Part shown: positions 8,156 through 17,142 of the stretch, piece after piece
How the letters are laid out: the number at the start of each line of letters is the position of its first letter
How positions within the stretch are numbered: the first letter of the stretch is position 1
From: Nostoc punctiforme PCC 73102
Lineage (GTDB): Bacteria; Cyanobacteriota; Cyanobacteriia; Cyanobacteriales; Nostocaceae
DNA: 32,000 nucleotides
Direction of reading: 5' to 3'
Assembly (NCBI RefSeq): GCF_000020025.1
Contig: NC_010628.1
Location: 6,420,001 to 6,452,000 of the forward strand
Program-made: the position numbers and the translations under genes
The notes under the pieces: model-generated
What the model was told of the DNA's origin: nothing
The model's input: only the letters and a program-made list of their open reading frames with translations
Databases searched by the model: none

Positions 8156-11100
8156 TCAAAATCGATAACCACCTTGAAGCTTGAGGTCAAATCCATTCTC
8201 GCCTGTACCAATTTGAGTTTCTATAAACACACTATTATCGGGGAAATTGTGCCTCACAATGAGTCCATAATTGAAGCCAGAAACTCGGCTGCTCAAACCT
8301 AGATTATTAACACTGTAATTTTTGAGATAAGCACCGGCAGAAATATTCGTGCTGACTTTCTGTAAACCCTGAAATTCAAAGAAAAATTCTTTGCCCATCT
8401 CTAGATTTGCCTTCAAATTTAATCCATGACTAGTACCAAATTCTCCATTGAAAAGACCTAAAAACTCACCATTGCTATTATCCTCAATAAAAGCAATACC
8501 AGGAGCTAAGGAAAAACCGAAATTTCTTTCTTGATGCTGATATAAATAACTTAGAAAAGTCGTGAAAGGATTATTTTTATTAGAGGCGCTATTCCAGTCA
8601 ATTTTCAAGTAGGGTACGTGAGTATTAACAGCTACAGGTTTTTTGGCTGAATTTAAGCGTACATCCGTTTTAATATAGTTGAGAAGTATATTAGTATAGA
8701 TACCCAAAGTTGGTTCTTCTATTCCTAAATTATTATTGGAAACGCCTGGTGCCGAGTTGGCATCTACATTAAACCACGTTCCTAAATTGGCACTATAGTT
8801 AAAGTTTCCAGAAGAACCCGCTGCTAATAATTCAACTGTTGGTAAAGATAGATAACCGTTAAAGTTATTAAAATTAACACCTATTTTGTCAACTCTAGTG
8901 AGTTCCATGTAATCGAAGGCTAAATCAGCTGCTCGCACTTGGAGCGGTACTATCGTAGTATCTGCTGAATTAAATTGCTGTACAAATTGTCCCCCTTGGG
9001 GGTTTGTCAAAATTACTTCTACAGCAGAAGATTCATTAATAGGATTAATGGAAGTATTATTTAAAGGAATTGGAATACCAATGTATGTCAAAGGCCCAAA
9101 TTTTTCATTAGAGAGTCTGAGATCAGAAAAGAATGTATTACCTTCCTCTAAAATAGAAATATCTCTTTCAAGAAACTGAACTGCTCTTTTGTGGTTTCCC
9201 GCTCTTATTTGCAAGATATTAGAGTTTTGAGGAGTGACTTGACTAGGAAATGTGTAAGTTCCAGATACCTGCTCTAGTCCACTAGATGCATTGGCATAAG
9301 ATAAAGTGCGATTCAGCCTGTTATTGATTTGTCTTCTTTGTTCAGCCGTAGCAGATGTATTTAAAGGAGTAAAACCTTCTCCATTCTTAAATTTTTCTCT
9401 AGCTTCTTCTAAACCTTGTTGAATATTATCGATTTTAATAGATTCAAAGACTCTACCTAATAGCAAGCCTAATGTAGAATTAACTGATTGGATTGCATCA
9501 ATACTAGTATCACTGAATTTAGCTGTTATGGATAATCCAGGAGCAGAAAAAATATTAGAGTAAGTAGCTTTAATTGCCACTGGATCGTATTGAATTAAAC
9601 TGCGATTATGAGGATGGCTAACATACAATCTGTGCCAATCAGAACTTTCTTGAGTTTGAGATAGTGTCTCAAACACAGGGTCTCTTCTTCCTAAAGATAG
9701 CCACTGCAAAGAGTTAAGATAATGAAAGTCTTTTTCGGATTGAGAGAGAAAAGGATTGACTGCGACATTTAACAAATCAAAATTATCAAATTTTCCAAGT
9801 TGAGCAACTTTAATACCTGGAAAGGAAGAGACTGGAGCATTAAAACCAAAACCTTCTCCTGTCAAGATATCTCCCCAAAATATGCCAGCAGCTTCTAGGG
9901 CACTCTTAGGAATAATTTGACCCTCCTGGAGTTGGACATTCCCACCGTCTAGCAAAGGTTGTATATTTGTTGTTGGAAAGCTTTGGAGAATCTTGGGAGC
10001 ATTGATAGCATCTAAAGCTTGGAATAAAGCTTGGCCACCGTCAACACTCAAAGTAGAGCCACTACCAATATTGGGTATAGGATTTCTTAGAACTGTGACA
10101 TTAGGAGCGTTTAAGTCAATCCCACTATTAATAGTAACTCTTCCAGCCGGTACACCTTCAGGATTTACTAATTGTCCTGCTATTGAAGTTATAGACAAAT
10201 TCTGAGTATCAACTTCTCCAGTTAAATTCTGAAAGTCTGTAGGTATAGAGAATAAAGATTGCAATCCCCAAAATGCCTGTTGTGAGGTAACATTTTGGGT
10301 GATATAAGTATTAGTTTGTCTCCCTTGATAGATAATACCTGCTTGATAACCTTTAGTTTCTACTACGATTTTATTGTTATCGGTAACCCAGTAAAATTGC
10401 TCATCTTTTGGGAATTTAGCATAAGTAAATTTATCAACAATCTGATTGTCTCCAGAAAATCTTATGCTTAAATCTGTATCTATATAATTTTCGTCTTCAT
10501 TTGGCTTAAATAATTGCGTTGAAAAAGTTAGGTTATCTGTGGGGTTAACAATCCAAGGATATTTATTGGCACTAAATGTAAGGGCATCAAGAATTATTTC
10601 TTTTTGTTTTGCTTGTTGTTGCTTTTTGGAACTACGTAGTTTTTCTATTAGTATTTGTTGTGTTGGTGTGTATGGTTTAGTTGTATTCGGTTTAGATTCA
10701 GTCTCTTCTTCACCTTCATCAGAGGGCTTGGGTGGTTCTACTTTATACTCTTCAATTGGGATAACATCAGCTATGGTGAATTCGGATAACTGTTTGGTTT
10801 TCTGTAAGTTAGAGTTAGCATCTTTTAAAGTTTGTTTTAATAAAGCTTTGCTTTGAAGATTATCTACTTTATCCGGATTTGGCGAAATATTATCGCTAAT
10901 ATTTGCCTGACTTTTGGGAATTAATTCAACTTTAGTAACTTCAGATAACGATTTGATTTCCTGTAAGTTAGAGCTAGCATCTTTTAAAGTTGCTTTTAAC
11001 AGAGTTTTGTTTTGAGGATTAGCTACTTTATCCGGCTTGAGCGAACTATTATCGCTAGCAATTATATGATCTTTTGATATTGATTCAATTCTGGTAACTT

Positions 11101-11419
11101 CGGGTAACTGTTTACTCTTTTGTAAGTTAGAGATGGTATTTTCTAAACTTTTTTTTAACAAAGCCTTGCTTTGTACATTGTTTAGTTTATCAAATTTTAG
11201 GATTAGCGAACTATTATCATCAGCATTTATATTTTTTTCTGCGTTCAAGCTAATATAGTCTTGGCTGTCAAGCTGTAAGGCAATCGCAGAAAATTGAACT
11301 AGTATTATTTTGAATAAAATAGTTGAAGACAAAAAGCAGCTTATAATTCTTTTTAGATTTTTTTTAAACCTCATAAGTGAGATTTTTACAATTCTTTGAT
11401 TTGAGTTATAGGTTTCCAC
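8156..11419 (-). CDS. Large outer-membrane protein: signal/anchor, 3 tandem 53-55-aa repeats, Pro/Glu/Lys linker, large unknown region, C-terminal beta-barrel
   Basis: 1087-aa ORF with a GTG start at 11419 (alternative ATG at 11374 = MRFKKNLKR... followed by a hydrophobic helix). The last ~270 aa show alternating-hydrophobic strands and end ...GFDLKLQGGYRF, where the terminal Phe is the OMP beta-signal. No family recognised. Confidence 0.8.
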   Translation of the reverse strand: METYNSNQRIVKISLMRFKKNLKRIISCFLSSTILFKIILVQFSAIALQLDSQDYISLNAEKNINADDNSSLILKFDKLNNVQSKALLKKSLENTISNLQKSKQLPEVTRIESISKDHIIASDNSSLKPDKVANPQNKTLLKATLKDASSNLQEIKSLSEVTKVELIPKSQANISDNISPNPDKVDNLQSKALLKQTLKDANSNLQKTKQLSEFTIADVIPIEEYKVEPPKPSDEGEEETESKPNTTKPYTPTQQILIEKLRSSKKQQQAKQKEIILDALTFSANKYPWIVNPTDNLTFSTQLFKPNEDENYIDTDLSIRFSGDNQIVDKFTYAKFPKDEQFYWVTDNNKIVVETKGYQAGIIYQGRQTNTYITQNVTSQQAFWGLQSLFSIPTDFQNLTGEVDTQNLSITSIAGQLVNPEGVPAGRVTINSGIDLNAPNVTVLRNPIPNIGSGSTLSVDGGQALFQALDAINAPKILQSFPTTNIQPLLDGGNVQLQEGQIIPKSALEAAGIFWGDILTGEGFGFNAPVSSFPGIKVAQLGKFDNFDLLNVAVNPFLSQSEKDFHYLNSLQWLSLGRRDPVFETLSQTQESSDWHRLYVSHPHNRSLIQYDPVAIKATYSNIFSAPGLSITAKFSDTSIDAIQSVNSTLGLLLGRVFESIKIDNIQQGLEEAREKFKNGEGFTPLNTSATAEQRRQINNRLNRTLSYANASSGLEQVSGTYTFPSQVTPQNSNILQIRAGNHKRAVQFLERDISILEEGNTFFSDLRLSNEKFGPLTYIGIPIPLNNTSINPINESSAVEVILTNPQGGQFVQQFNSADTTIVPLQVRAADLAFDYMELTRVDKIGVNFNNFNGYLSLPTVELLAAGSSGNFNYSANLGTWFNVDANSAPGVSNNNLGIEEPTLGIYTNILLNYIKTDVRLNSAKKPVAVNTHVPYLKIDWNSASNKNNPFTTFLSYLYQHQERNFGFSLAPGIAFIEDNSNGEFLGLFNGEFGTSHGLNLKANLEMGKEFFFEFQGLQKVSTNISAGAYLKNYSVNNLGLSSRVSGFNYGLIVRHNFPDNSVFIETQIGTGENGFDLKLQGGYRF
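10748..11215 (-). repeat. In-frame tandem repeat, 3 units of about 159 nt, inside the large OMP gene
   Basis: DNA units are visibly near-identical (e.g. ctgtaagttagagttagcatcttttaaagtttgttttaataaagctttgctttgaag vs ctgtaagttagagctagcatcttttaaagttgcttttaacagagttttgttttgagg). They encode the consensus N.S..PDKV.N.Q.K.LLK.TLKDA.SNLQ..K.LSEVT at aa 69-224. Confidence 0.85.
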
Positions 11420-11815
11420 AATAAAAATATGCTATTTGGTAGATTCAGGAATAAAAATCACAATCAATTCAAATAAATGAAGATTGGCTACTATTTTTTA
11501 GCTGCCAAAATCAATTTCTAAGTATCAAAGATTAACCATATTTTTATTTCCAAAACTTGGATTTTTTGTGGGTTAATTTGGATACATTCAAAAGTCGTTT
11601 CAATTAATTCGATATAGATAGCGAAAAAAACCGATTGATTTTTGTATCCAGACTGTAAAGAATAAAATAGGATTAAGCAGATTTACTGCAACAAGAGTGT
11701 AATTCTTAGGCACAAATTAAACCTCAGCAAAATCACCACAGCTAAAAAAGGGAGCTAATTTTTAACCGTAAAAACACGTAATGTAAAAATCTTCAGTCAA
11801 AAAATTGGTAAAAAT

Positions 11816-13300
11816 ATGTTTCAGGCTACTCGCCGCCGTCTCGCAATTTGGTACACTGCCGTCACTGCTGTATTACTATTACTGTTTGCAAGCGGTGTTT
11901 ATTTATACGTTCGTGCTACTCTGATTGAGCGGATTGATGATACTCTTAACCATGTAGTGGAGATAGTGGAGCGTTGTCTCACAACCAGCCCCTGTGCGTC
12001 TACGCTCATATTTGAGCCAATTAATGCTGATGCAGATAAATTTCGCGTTAATCTAGAAGCCAGTTTTCATGACAATAGCGATACTGTAGAAGATGACCAC
12101 ATAGACTTGGAATGGTTTAGTCCGACTGGTGAATTACTTTGGTCAACGCTATCCGAACCCCTAAATATTCCTATTCATGCCAACCGCACTGGTGAAACTG
12201 TACGCGTAGTTAAGGGGGAGAAAGAAAAAGGCAAAGATGATAAACTCCTCACTCCTAACTCCCCACTCTTTACTCCCCACTCTCCATTGTTATTACGGCA
12301 AGTTACCCAACGGGTGGAAGTGGGGCGGCAAGTATTAGGATATCTGCGTGTTAGCCATCCCTGGTTTGAAGTCACTAAACCCAGCCGTGAGTTAATTTTT
12401 GATTTGGCGCTAGGTATTGGTTTGATGGTGGTTTCTGTAGGGGCAAGTGGCTGGTTTCTTTCAGGTAAAGCGATGGAACCTGTAGGTGAATCTTATCAAC
12501 GCCTCAAACAATTTACTGCTGATGCTTCCCATGAACTTAGAAGTCCCATCACTTTGATTCAAACAAATGTGCAAGTTGCCCTTGCTGACCTGGATTTAGC
12601 AGAGACAGAAGCAACCACTTCTATGCAGTATCGGCAACAGTTAAAGGTTGTGGAACGCTTAACCCAACGTTTGGGTAAGTTAGTCAATGACTTACTCTTT
12701 CTAGCACGGCAGGATAGTGGGATTAGCAAAGATATCTTTTCACCTTGTCCGCTAGATGCCTTGCTGATGGAAGTGGTTGAAGAACAACAATTGTTAGCCC
12801 CTGAAAAAGAAATCGCCCTTTCTCTAGACTTAGTTGATCCTCCTGCCTCTGAAACTAACCCTGAATTACTAGAAAATTGGTTTACCCTTGTGGGTAATTG
12901 GGATCAACTGGTACGGCTATTCACAAATTTAATTGCTAATGCCTTGCATTACACTCCAGCTGGTGGACGGGTGAAAGTGGAATTAGCGCGGATAGAAGGA
13001 ATAAATCGCGTTTCTGGATTACGTTACACCAGTGCCCAGTTGCAAGTTAAGGTGAGTGATACCGGAGTTGGAATTCCAGCAGAGGCACTACCACGCTTGT
13101 TTGACCGCTTTTATCGGGTAGATCCGGCACGGACTCATACAACTGAGAATACAGCTACAGCTAGCGCTACTGGTTCAGGATTGGGATTAGCGATCGCTCA
13201 AGCTATTGTCGAACATCATCAGGGTCATATTCAAGTAGAAAGTACCCAAGGCATTGGCACAACGTTTACTGTGACTTTACCGATAACTCTTGAGTCTTAA
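11816..13300 (+). CDS. Sensor histidine kinase (two TM helices, periplasmic sensor domain, HisKA + HATPase_c)
   Basis: 494-aa ORF. H-box FTADASHELRSPIT, N-box LFTNLIANALHYTP, G1 VSDTGVGIP and G2 GSGLGLAIA are present. TM1 is LAIWYTAVTAVLLLLFASGVYLYV and TM2 is LALGIGLMVVSVGASGWFL. No adjacent response regulator. Confidence 0.9.
   Translation: MFQATRRRLAIWYTAVTAVLLLLFASGVYLYVRATLIERIDDTLNHVVEIVERCLTTSPCASTLIFEPINADADKFRVNLEASFHDNSDTVEDDHIDLEWFSPTGELLWSTLSEPLNIPIHANRTGETVRVVKGEKEKGKDDKLLTPNSPLFTPHSPLLLRQVTQRVEVGRQVLGYLRVSHPWFEVTKPSRELIFDLALGIGLMVVSVGASGWFLSGKAMEPVGESYQRLKQFTADASHELRSPITLIQTNVQVALADLDLAETEATTSMQYRQQLKVVERLTQRLGKLVNDLLFLARQDSGISKDIFSPCPLDALLMEVVEEQQLLAPEKEIALSLDLVDPPASETNPELLENWFTLVGNWDQLVRLFTNLIANALHYTPAGGRVKVELARIEGINRVSGLRYTSAQLQVKVSDTGVGIPAEALPRLFDRFYRVDPARTHTTENTATASATGSGLGLAIAQAIVEHHQGHIQVESTQGIGTTFTVTLPITLES
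12240..12288 (+). repeat. STRR-like heptamer array (7 units, consensus CCCCACT) inside the kinase coding sequence
   Basis: Units are ATAAACT CCTCACT CCTAACT CCCCACT CTTTACT CCCCACT CTCCATT. They are read in frame as LTPNSPL/FTPHSPL, giving 21-nt = 7-aa periodicity. Confidence 0.75.
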
Positions 13301-13575
13301 ATCGCAAATTCAACAATTGTTTCCTGTGACAGATGCAGATAAGTGGATTTATTTACTAATTTCTATGGTGAAATTGCAGATTTAGTCATTAATTTGAAAC
13401 TTTAGAATGAGATATTTATGTCTGTCAATCTATTATTTATTAACCTCTAGCTAGAGAACAAACCGTAACTGTATTGTTAAAGTTTAGATGTTTAGATGGC
13501 AGATTAGCCACTAATTAAATTCGCTGGTTGAAAATTTTTTAATAAATAAAAATTCAATTAGATCGGGAGTCAATA

Positions 13576-14310
13576 ATGAATATGAAGCCTCAAAATTTTC
13601 GTAAGTCTGCTGAGTTAATTGGTGCTATTTGTGGTGGATTAATGATTAGTCTGCCAGTAATTCCTCAAGCAATGGCACAACAATCAGTAGGACAAGAATC
13701 TACTCCGAAGATTAACCCTTGCCCTAGAATTTTCTACGAAGAACCACATAATAGTCGGGTTGTGGTACCGCAAGGATGTCCTCCGAATGCGCTAACTCAA
13801 AGACTAGCTGCTCAAGGGCTTCTTCCTAACTCTGCTAACCCATCACAAGAGCAAACAAGATTGGGTGTCGGCGGTGAATCTCCAGAAACAGGTGTCACGC
13901 CACCACGCCCAGCCTCTGGAGATCAAACTCAACAGCCCTCACCAGGGGCGGTTTCGACCAATCAACCACAACAACTACAACCACGGCAAACTCCCAGCGC
14001 GACGATCGCACTGGCAAATGGTACTGTTAATGTCAGGTTGGTAAATGACACTGCGGCTAATGTAACTTTCCAAGTGATTGGCGATACGGCACCGCGATCG
14101 CTACAAGGTAAGTCAAATGTAATATTGCAAGGTCTAAGGGCACCAGTAACGGTGACATTTGAACGAGAAGATGGTGGACAGTTGATAGTGACTCCACAAG
14201 CTTCTTCAGAGCCAGGAAGTTTGGAAGTTAGATTTAACGAAGCCACCAATGCAGCACAGGGCAGAAGTGCTATGAGAATTGAACGAAACGGTTCAGTATT
14301 CTTGAATTAA
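13576..14310 (+). CDS. Secreted protein of unknown function (signal peptide, Cys-pair module, Pro/Gln-rich linker, ~100-aa beta-rich C-terminal domain)
   Basis: 244-aa ORF. Signal peptide ...SLPVIPQAMA/QQ, then NPCPRIFYEEPHNSRVVVPQGCPPNA, a low-complexity P/Q/S/T linker, and the C-terminal TVNVRLVNDTAANVTFQVIGD...LEVRFNE... Confidence 0.6.
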   Translation: MNMKPQNFRKSAELIGAICGGLMISLPVIPQAMAQQSVGQESTPKINPCPRIFYEEPHNSRVVVPQGCPPNALTQRLAAQGLLPNSANPSQEQTRLGVGGESPETGVTPPRPASGDQTQQPSPGAVSTNQPQQLQPRQTPSATIALANGTVNVRLVNDTAANVTFQVIGDTAPRSLQGKSNVILQGLRAPVTVTFEREDGGQLIVTPQASSEPGSLEVRFNEATNAAQGRSAMRIERNGSVFLN

Positions 14311-14346
14311 TCAAATTAAATACGAAAGTAGGGGCATAGATTGCCC

Positions 14347-15420
14347 CTATTTCCGCTGAAGCATTTTAGTTAGCTGATCCAGCAATTGGACTTCTTGCTT
14401 GCTGTCTTCCAATGTCCGCGCCAGTATAATCGCCCTTTCGTAAAAATTACGAGCAGTTAGATAATTACCTTGTTGTTTGTATAACTGAGCGTAAGACTCA
14501 AAAGATTTTAATTCTTCTCGCAAATTTTGCAATTCTTTAGCGAGTGCTAAACGTTGCTCTAGTAAATCAAAAGCCCGTTCATAGCGTCCAACAGCAGTGT
14601 GAGCTTTCACTAAACCGTCAATTGCGCGTAGTTCATTGGTGCGATCGCGGTTGGTTTTAGCTGTCCGCATCGCTTCACCATAACTAGCAATGGTATCTTG
14701 ATAATTTCCCGATGCTAGGTAGGCATCACCTAAATTATTCAGGGTATTTGCTTCACCAATGGCATCGCCAGTCTGACGGCGGAAAATTAAAGCGTTTTCA
14801 TACAATTTAATCGCCTTGTTGTAATCTCCCAACCTAGCAGTTACCAAACCCAAATTGCTCAAAGATAGTCCTTCCCCTTCAATGTTTTTGACACCGTGAG
14901 CAATTGCGAGTGCATCTTCAACTGTTTTACCAGCAGCAGCAGATTCTCCTTCTTGGAGGAGAAATGTACCGATATTATTTAGCACAAAAATCTGAGCTTG
15001 GAAGTCTTTCGTATCACGAGCGATCGCTAATCCTCGTCGTAAAGCATCTTCCGCCTCTTTTGCACTATCAATCTGGATATAAGCCTTTGCAAGCAAATTG
15101 TAAGTCAGACCTTGTGCTTTTAGGTCGCCAATTGAGTGATATAGTTCTAGTGCCTGCAAGCAAGATGCAATTGTTTTATCGGCATATCCTGAAGCGTATT
15201 GTTGTTCACCGATACGTAGTAAGCTATCTGCTTCATCTCTTGATTGCCGCCCAACAGAACTATTTAAAGGACGATGGAGTTGTTGTGTAATATCAACCGC
15301 ACCAGCAGCTATAGGACTCAGCAAAAAAGTAAACAGTAAAAAGCTGTGTAAAAGCACCTGGGAACGAGAAATCACACCTACGCAAACTAATTGCCTTGGA
15401 AATACAAGCCGTTGTTTCAT
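14347..15420 (-). CDS. TPR-repeat protein with N-terminal signal/anchor helix
   Basis: 357-aa ORF with about 7 consecutive 40-aa TPR-like units (e.g. ANTLNNLGDAYLASGNYQDTIASYGEAMRTAK). The N-terminal hydrophobic segment is LLHSFLLFTFLLSPIAAGA. It lies 98 nt downstream of the sigma-like gene on the same strand. Confidence 0.8.
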   Translation of the reverse strand: MKQRLVFPRQLVCVGVISRSQVLLHSFLLFTFLLSPIAAGAVDITQQLHRPLNSSVGRQSRDEADSLLRIGEQQYASGYADKTIASCLQALELYHSIGDLKAQGLTYNLLAKAYIQIDSAKEAEDALRRGLAIARDTKDFQAQIFVLNNIGTFLLQEGESAAAGKTVEDALAIAHGVKNIEGEGLSLSNLGLVTARLGDYNKAIKLYENALIFRRQTGDAIGEANTLNNLGDAYLASGNYQDTIASYGEAMRTAKTNRDRTNELRAIDGLVKAHTAVGRYERAFDLLEQRLALAKELQNLREELKSFESYAQLYKQQGNYLTARNFYERAIILARTLEDSKQEVQLLDQLTKMLQRK

Positions 15421-15518
15421 AAAAATTACCCGTAAAGTTGCGGGTTTAAGTAGAAGGTCTAAGAAGAAGTTTTAAGTTTATAAATTGAAGACAAACACTA
15501 TACGCGTTTACACTTAAG

Positions 15519-16148
15519 TTAGGATTGAGCTAAATCCTCCCCAAAGTATATGGCGCGGATATCTGTGGGTAATTTGTCCTCTAGCATACGATAGCCTTCC
15601 TGAAGAAAATTGGCTACTTCGTTGGGAGCGATCGCTTCTCCTTCGGCTTGCAGATAAGCAGCGATTCTAGTTTCACTCCAGTGGAAAGTTTGAGCCATTA
15701 ACACGATTAATCGTAAAACAGGGGGTAATTGGTCTAATGCCTGTTGTACATAGCACCATAGCGGTGGTGAAGTCGCTTGCAGAGAATAATGAATTGCTTC
15801 TGTCGGTGGTAGCTTAATTTCATTAATACAGAAAGCTGTGATATTAATTAACCAATTTTGCATGGTTAAGGCTGGCTCACCTGATTCAGGGGTGGTTAAA
15901 TTTAGTCCACCGAGTTCGTAATAGATATGTCGCCAGGTGAGGGCAAAGAGATAATCTGCTTGCACAGGCGATCGCGCCGAATGCCGAATTAAGGTATACA
16001 CTATGGGGCTATAGCGGCAAAAAATCACCGTAAAATACTTTCCAGCATCTGGATGGCGCTGAAACAAAGTCAGTAGTTCATGGTCACTGTGATGAAATAG
16101 CGACTTTACCAGAGGATGATTAGCTTCAGGAAAATGAGGAATTTGCAC
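15519..16148 (-). CDS. Sigma-70 family (ECF-like) RNA polymerase sigma factor, tentative
   Basis: 209-aa ORF with a GTG start. The C-terminal LPPVLRLIVLMAQTFHWSETRIAAYLQAEGEAIAPNEVANFLQEGYRMLEDKL looks like a sigma region-4 HTH. The N-terminal FCRYSPIVYTLIRHS...QADYLFALTWRHIY is plausibly region 2. Confidence 0.5.
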   Translation of the reverse strand: MQIPHFPEANHPLVKSLFHHSDHELLTLFQRHPDAGKYFTVIFCRYSPIVYTLIRHSARSPVQADYLFALTWRHIYYELGGLNLTTPESGEPALTMQNWLINITAFCINEIKLPPTEAIHYSLQATSPPLWCYVQQALDQLPPVLRLIVLMAQTFHWSETRIAAYLQAEGEAIAPNEVANFLQEGYRMLEDKLPTDIRAIYFGEDLAQS

Positions 16149-16339
16149 AAGTCTTTGAGTTGATAGTTGTTAAAATAATTTTGGGAATTGCACTCCCGTA
16201 GTTAATCGCATAATATCTTGGTGTTGCCCAGTTTGTAGCCGAGACTCAGACAACTTGAGTTATTGATAAACTAGAAACAAGGACTTAATTTTAGTCTTAA
16301 TCGACAATTATAAAATCGACTCCCCTATAGAATCCTTAT

Positions 16340-16942
16340 TTGTTCATGGTTATAGCAGTTAGTGTGATGTCGTTCCTCCTCAGCCCCCTTACTTTAGGCT
16401 CCTTTCTCCCTTCCTTGCCCTTGGATAGTCTGTTTTCCACCCAAGGCATTATGGTAATGCTGCTAGCAGCTTACGCTGGTGCGATGTGGATGTTCCTCAC
16501 CAGTGCCCCAAAAGTACACACTGTAATGGTGTCAGATTTGGAGATTGCCCGACAGTTGTATGAAGGACTGCTAGATTTGCCCGCAGCTGAGGTGCCCTTG
16601 CACTATTACTACAACTACGAACAAACTATAGGCGCAACTGGGATTGATCCGCTATACATGTCTACAGGGCCAAGTTTGTCAAGCAAAATGATGAATAATG
16701 CTACAGAAGGGCTGTGGTATCAATTGAAGAAAAACACTCAGCTACACGTTATTACTGGTGCGAGTTTAGGTAGCAAAAATCAGCAACGTCACGTTTGTTT
16801 TGACCACGACTGTCTAGAAATGATTTTAATGCGAGTCGAAACGCGCGGTTTGAAATTTAAGATTCGTAACCAGAAGCCACTGAACTTTTTGGTCAAAGAC
16901 TATGAAGGGCGAGTGATTGAGGTGGCTGAGGTAGCGAATTAA
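16340..16942 (+). CDS. Membrane-anchored VOC/glyoxalase-fold-like protein, tentative
   Basis: 200-aa ORF with a TTG start at 16340 (ATG at 16346 is more likely). It has two N-terminal hydrophobic helices, then VHTVMVSDLEIARQLYEGLLDLP ... LHVITG...RHVCFDHDCLEMILMRVETRGLKF, which resembles the VOC beta-alpha-beta-beta-beta module. Confidence 0.45.
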   Translation: MFMVIAVSVMSFLLSPLTLGSFLPSLPLDSLFSTQGIMVMLLAAYAGAMWMFLTSAPKVHTVMVSDLEIARQLYEGLLDLPAAEVPLHYYYNYEQTIGATGIDPLYMSTGPSLSSKMMNNATEGLWYQLKKNTQLHVITGASLGSKNQQRHVCFDHDCLEMILMRVETRGLKFKIRNQKPLNFLVKDYEGRVIEVAEVAN

Positions 16943-16964
16943 TCATTAGATTTTAGATGATTTT

Positions 16965-17020
16965 ATATTGTGTGGTGCGTAGCTTGCGATCGTAGGCATA
17001 GCACCACACAATATTTTTTT
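16965..17020 (+). terminator. Rho-independent terminator of the VOC-like gene
   Basis: Perfect 14-bp stem ATATTGTGTGGTGC (16965-16978) / GCACCACACAATAT (17001-17014), followed by a T7 run ending at 17020. It begins 23 nt after the stop codon. Confidence 0.7.
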
Positions 17021-17142
17021 AAGTAGCTAGGCATAAATAAATTAAAGGTTGTAGTAAGGACTTTAGTCCTGATAAACCTTGCTATGAGCAATAAATCGCT
17101 CACTAAGAAAAGTCATTATAGGGTTTTGCTAGGTAGAAACTT

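Noticed and set aside
10748-11215. Possibility that the regular repeats here are a CRISPR array
   Set aside because: The units are 159 nt and contiguous, with no unique spacers. They are in frame within a long ORF and conserved at the protein level, so this is a coding tandem repeat. No CRISPR-like repeat-spacer structure was seen anywhere in the window.
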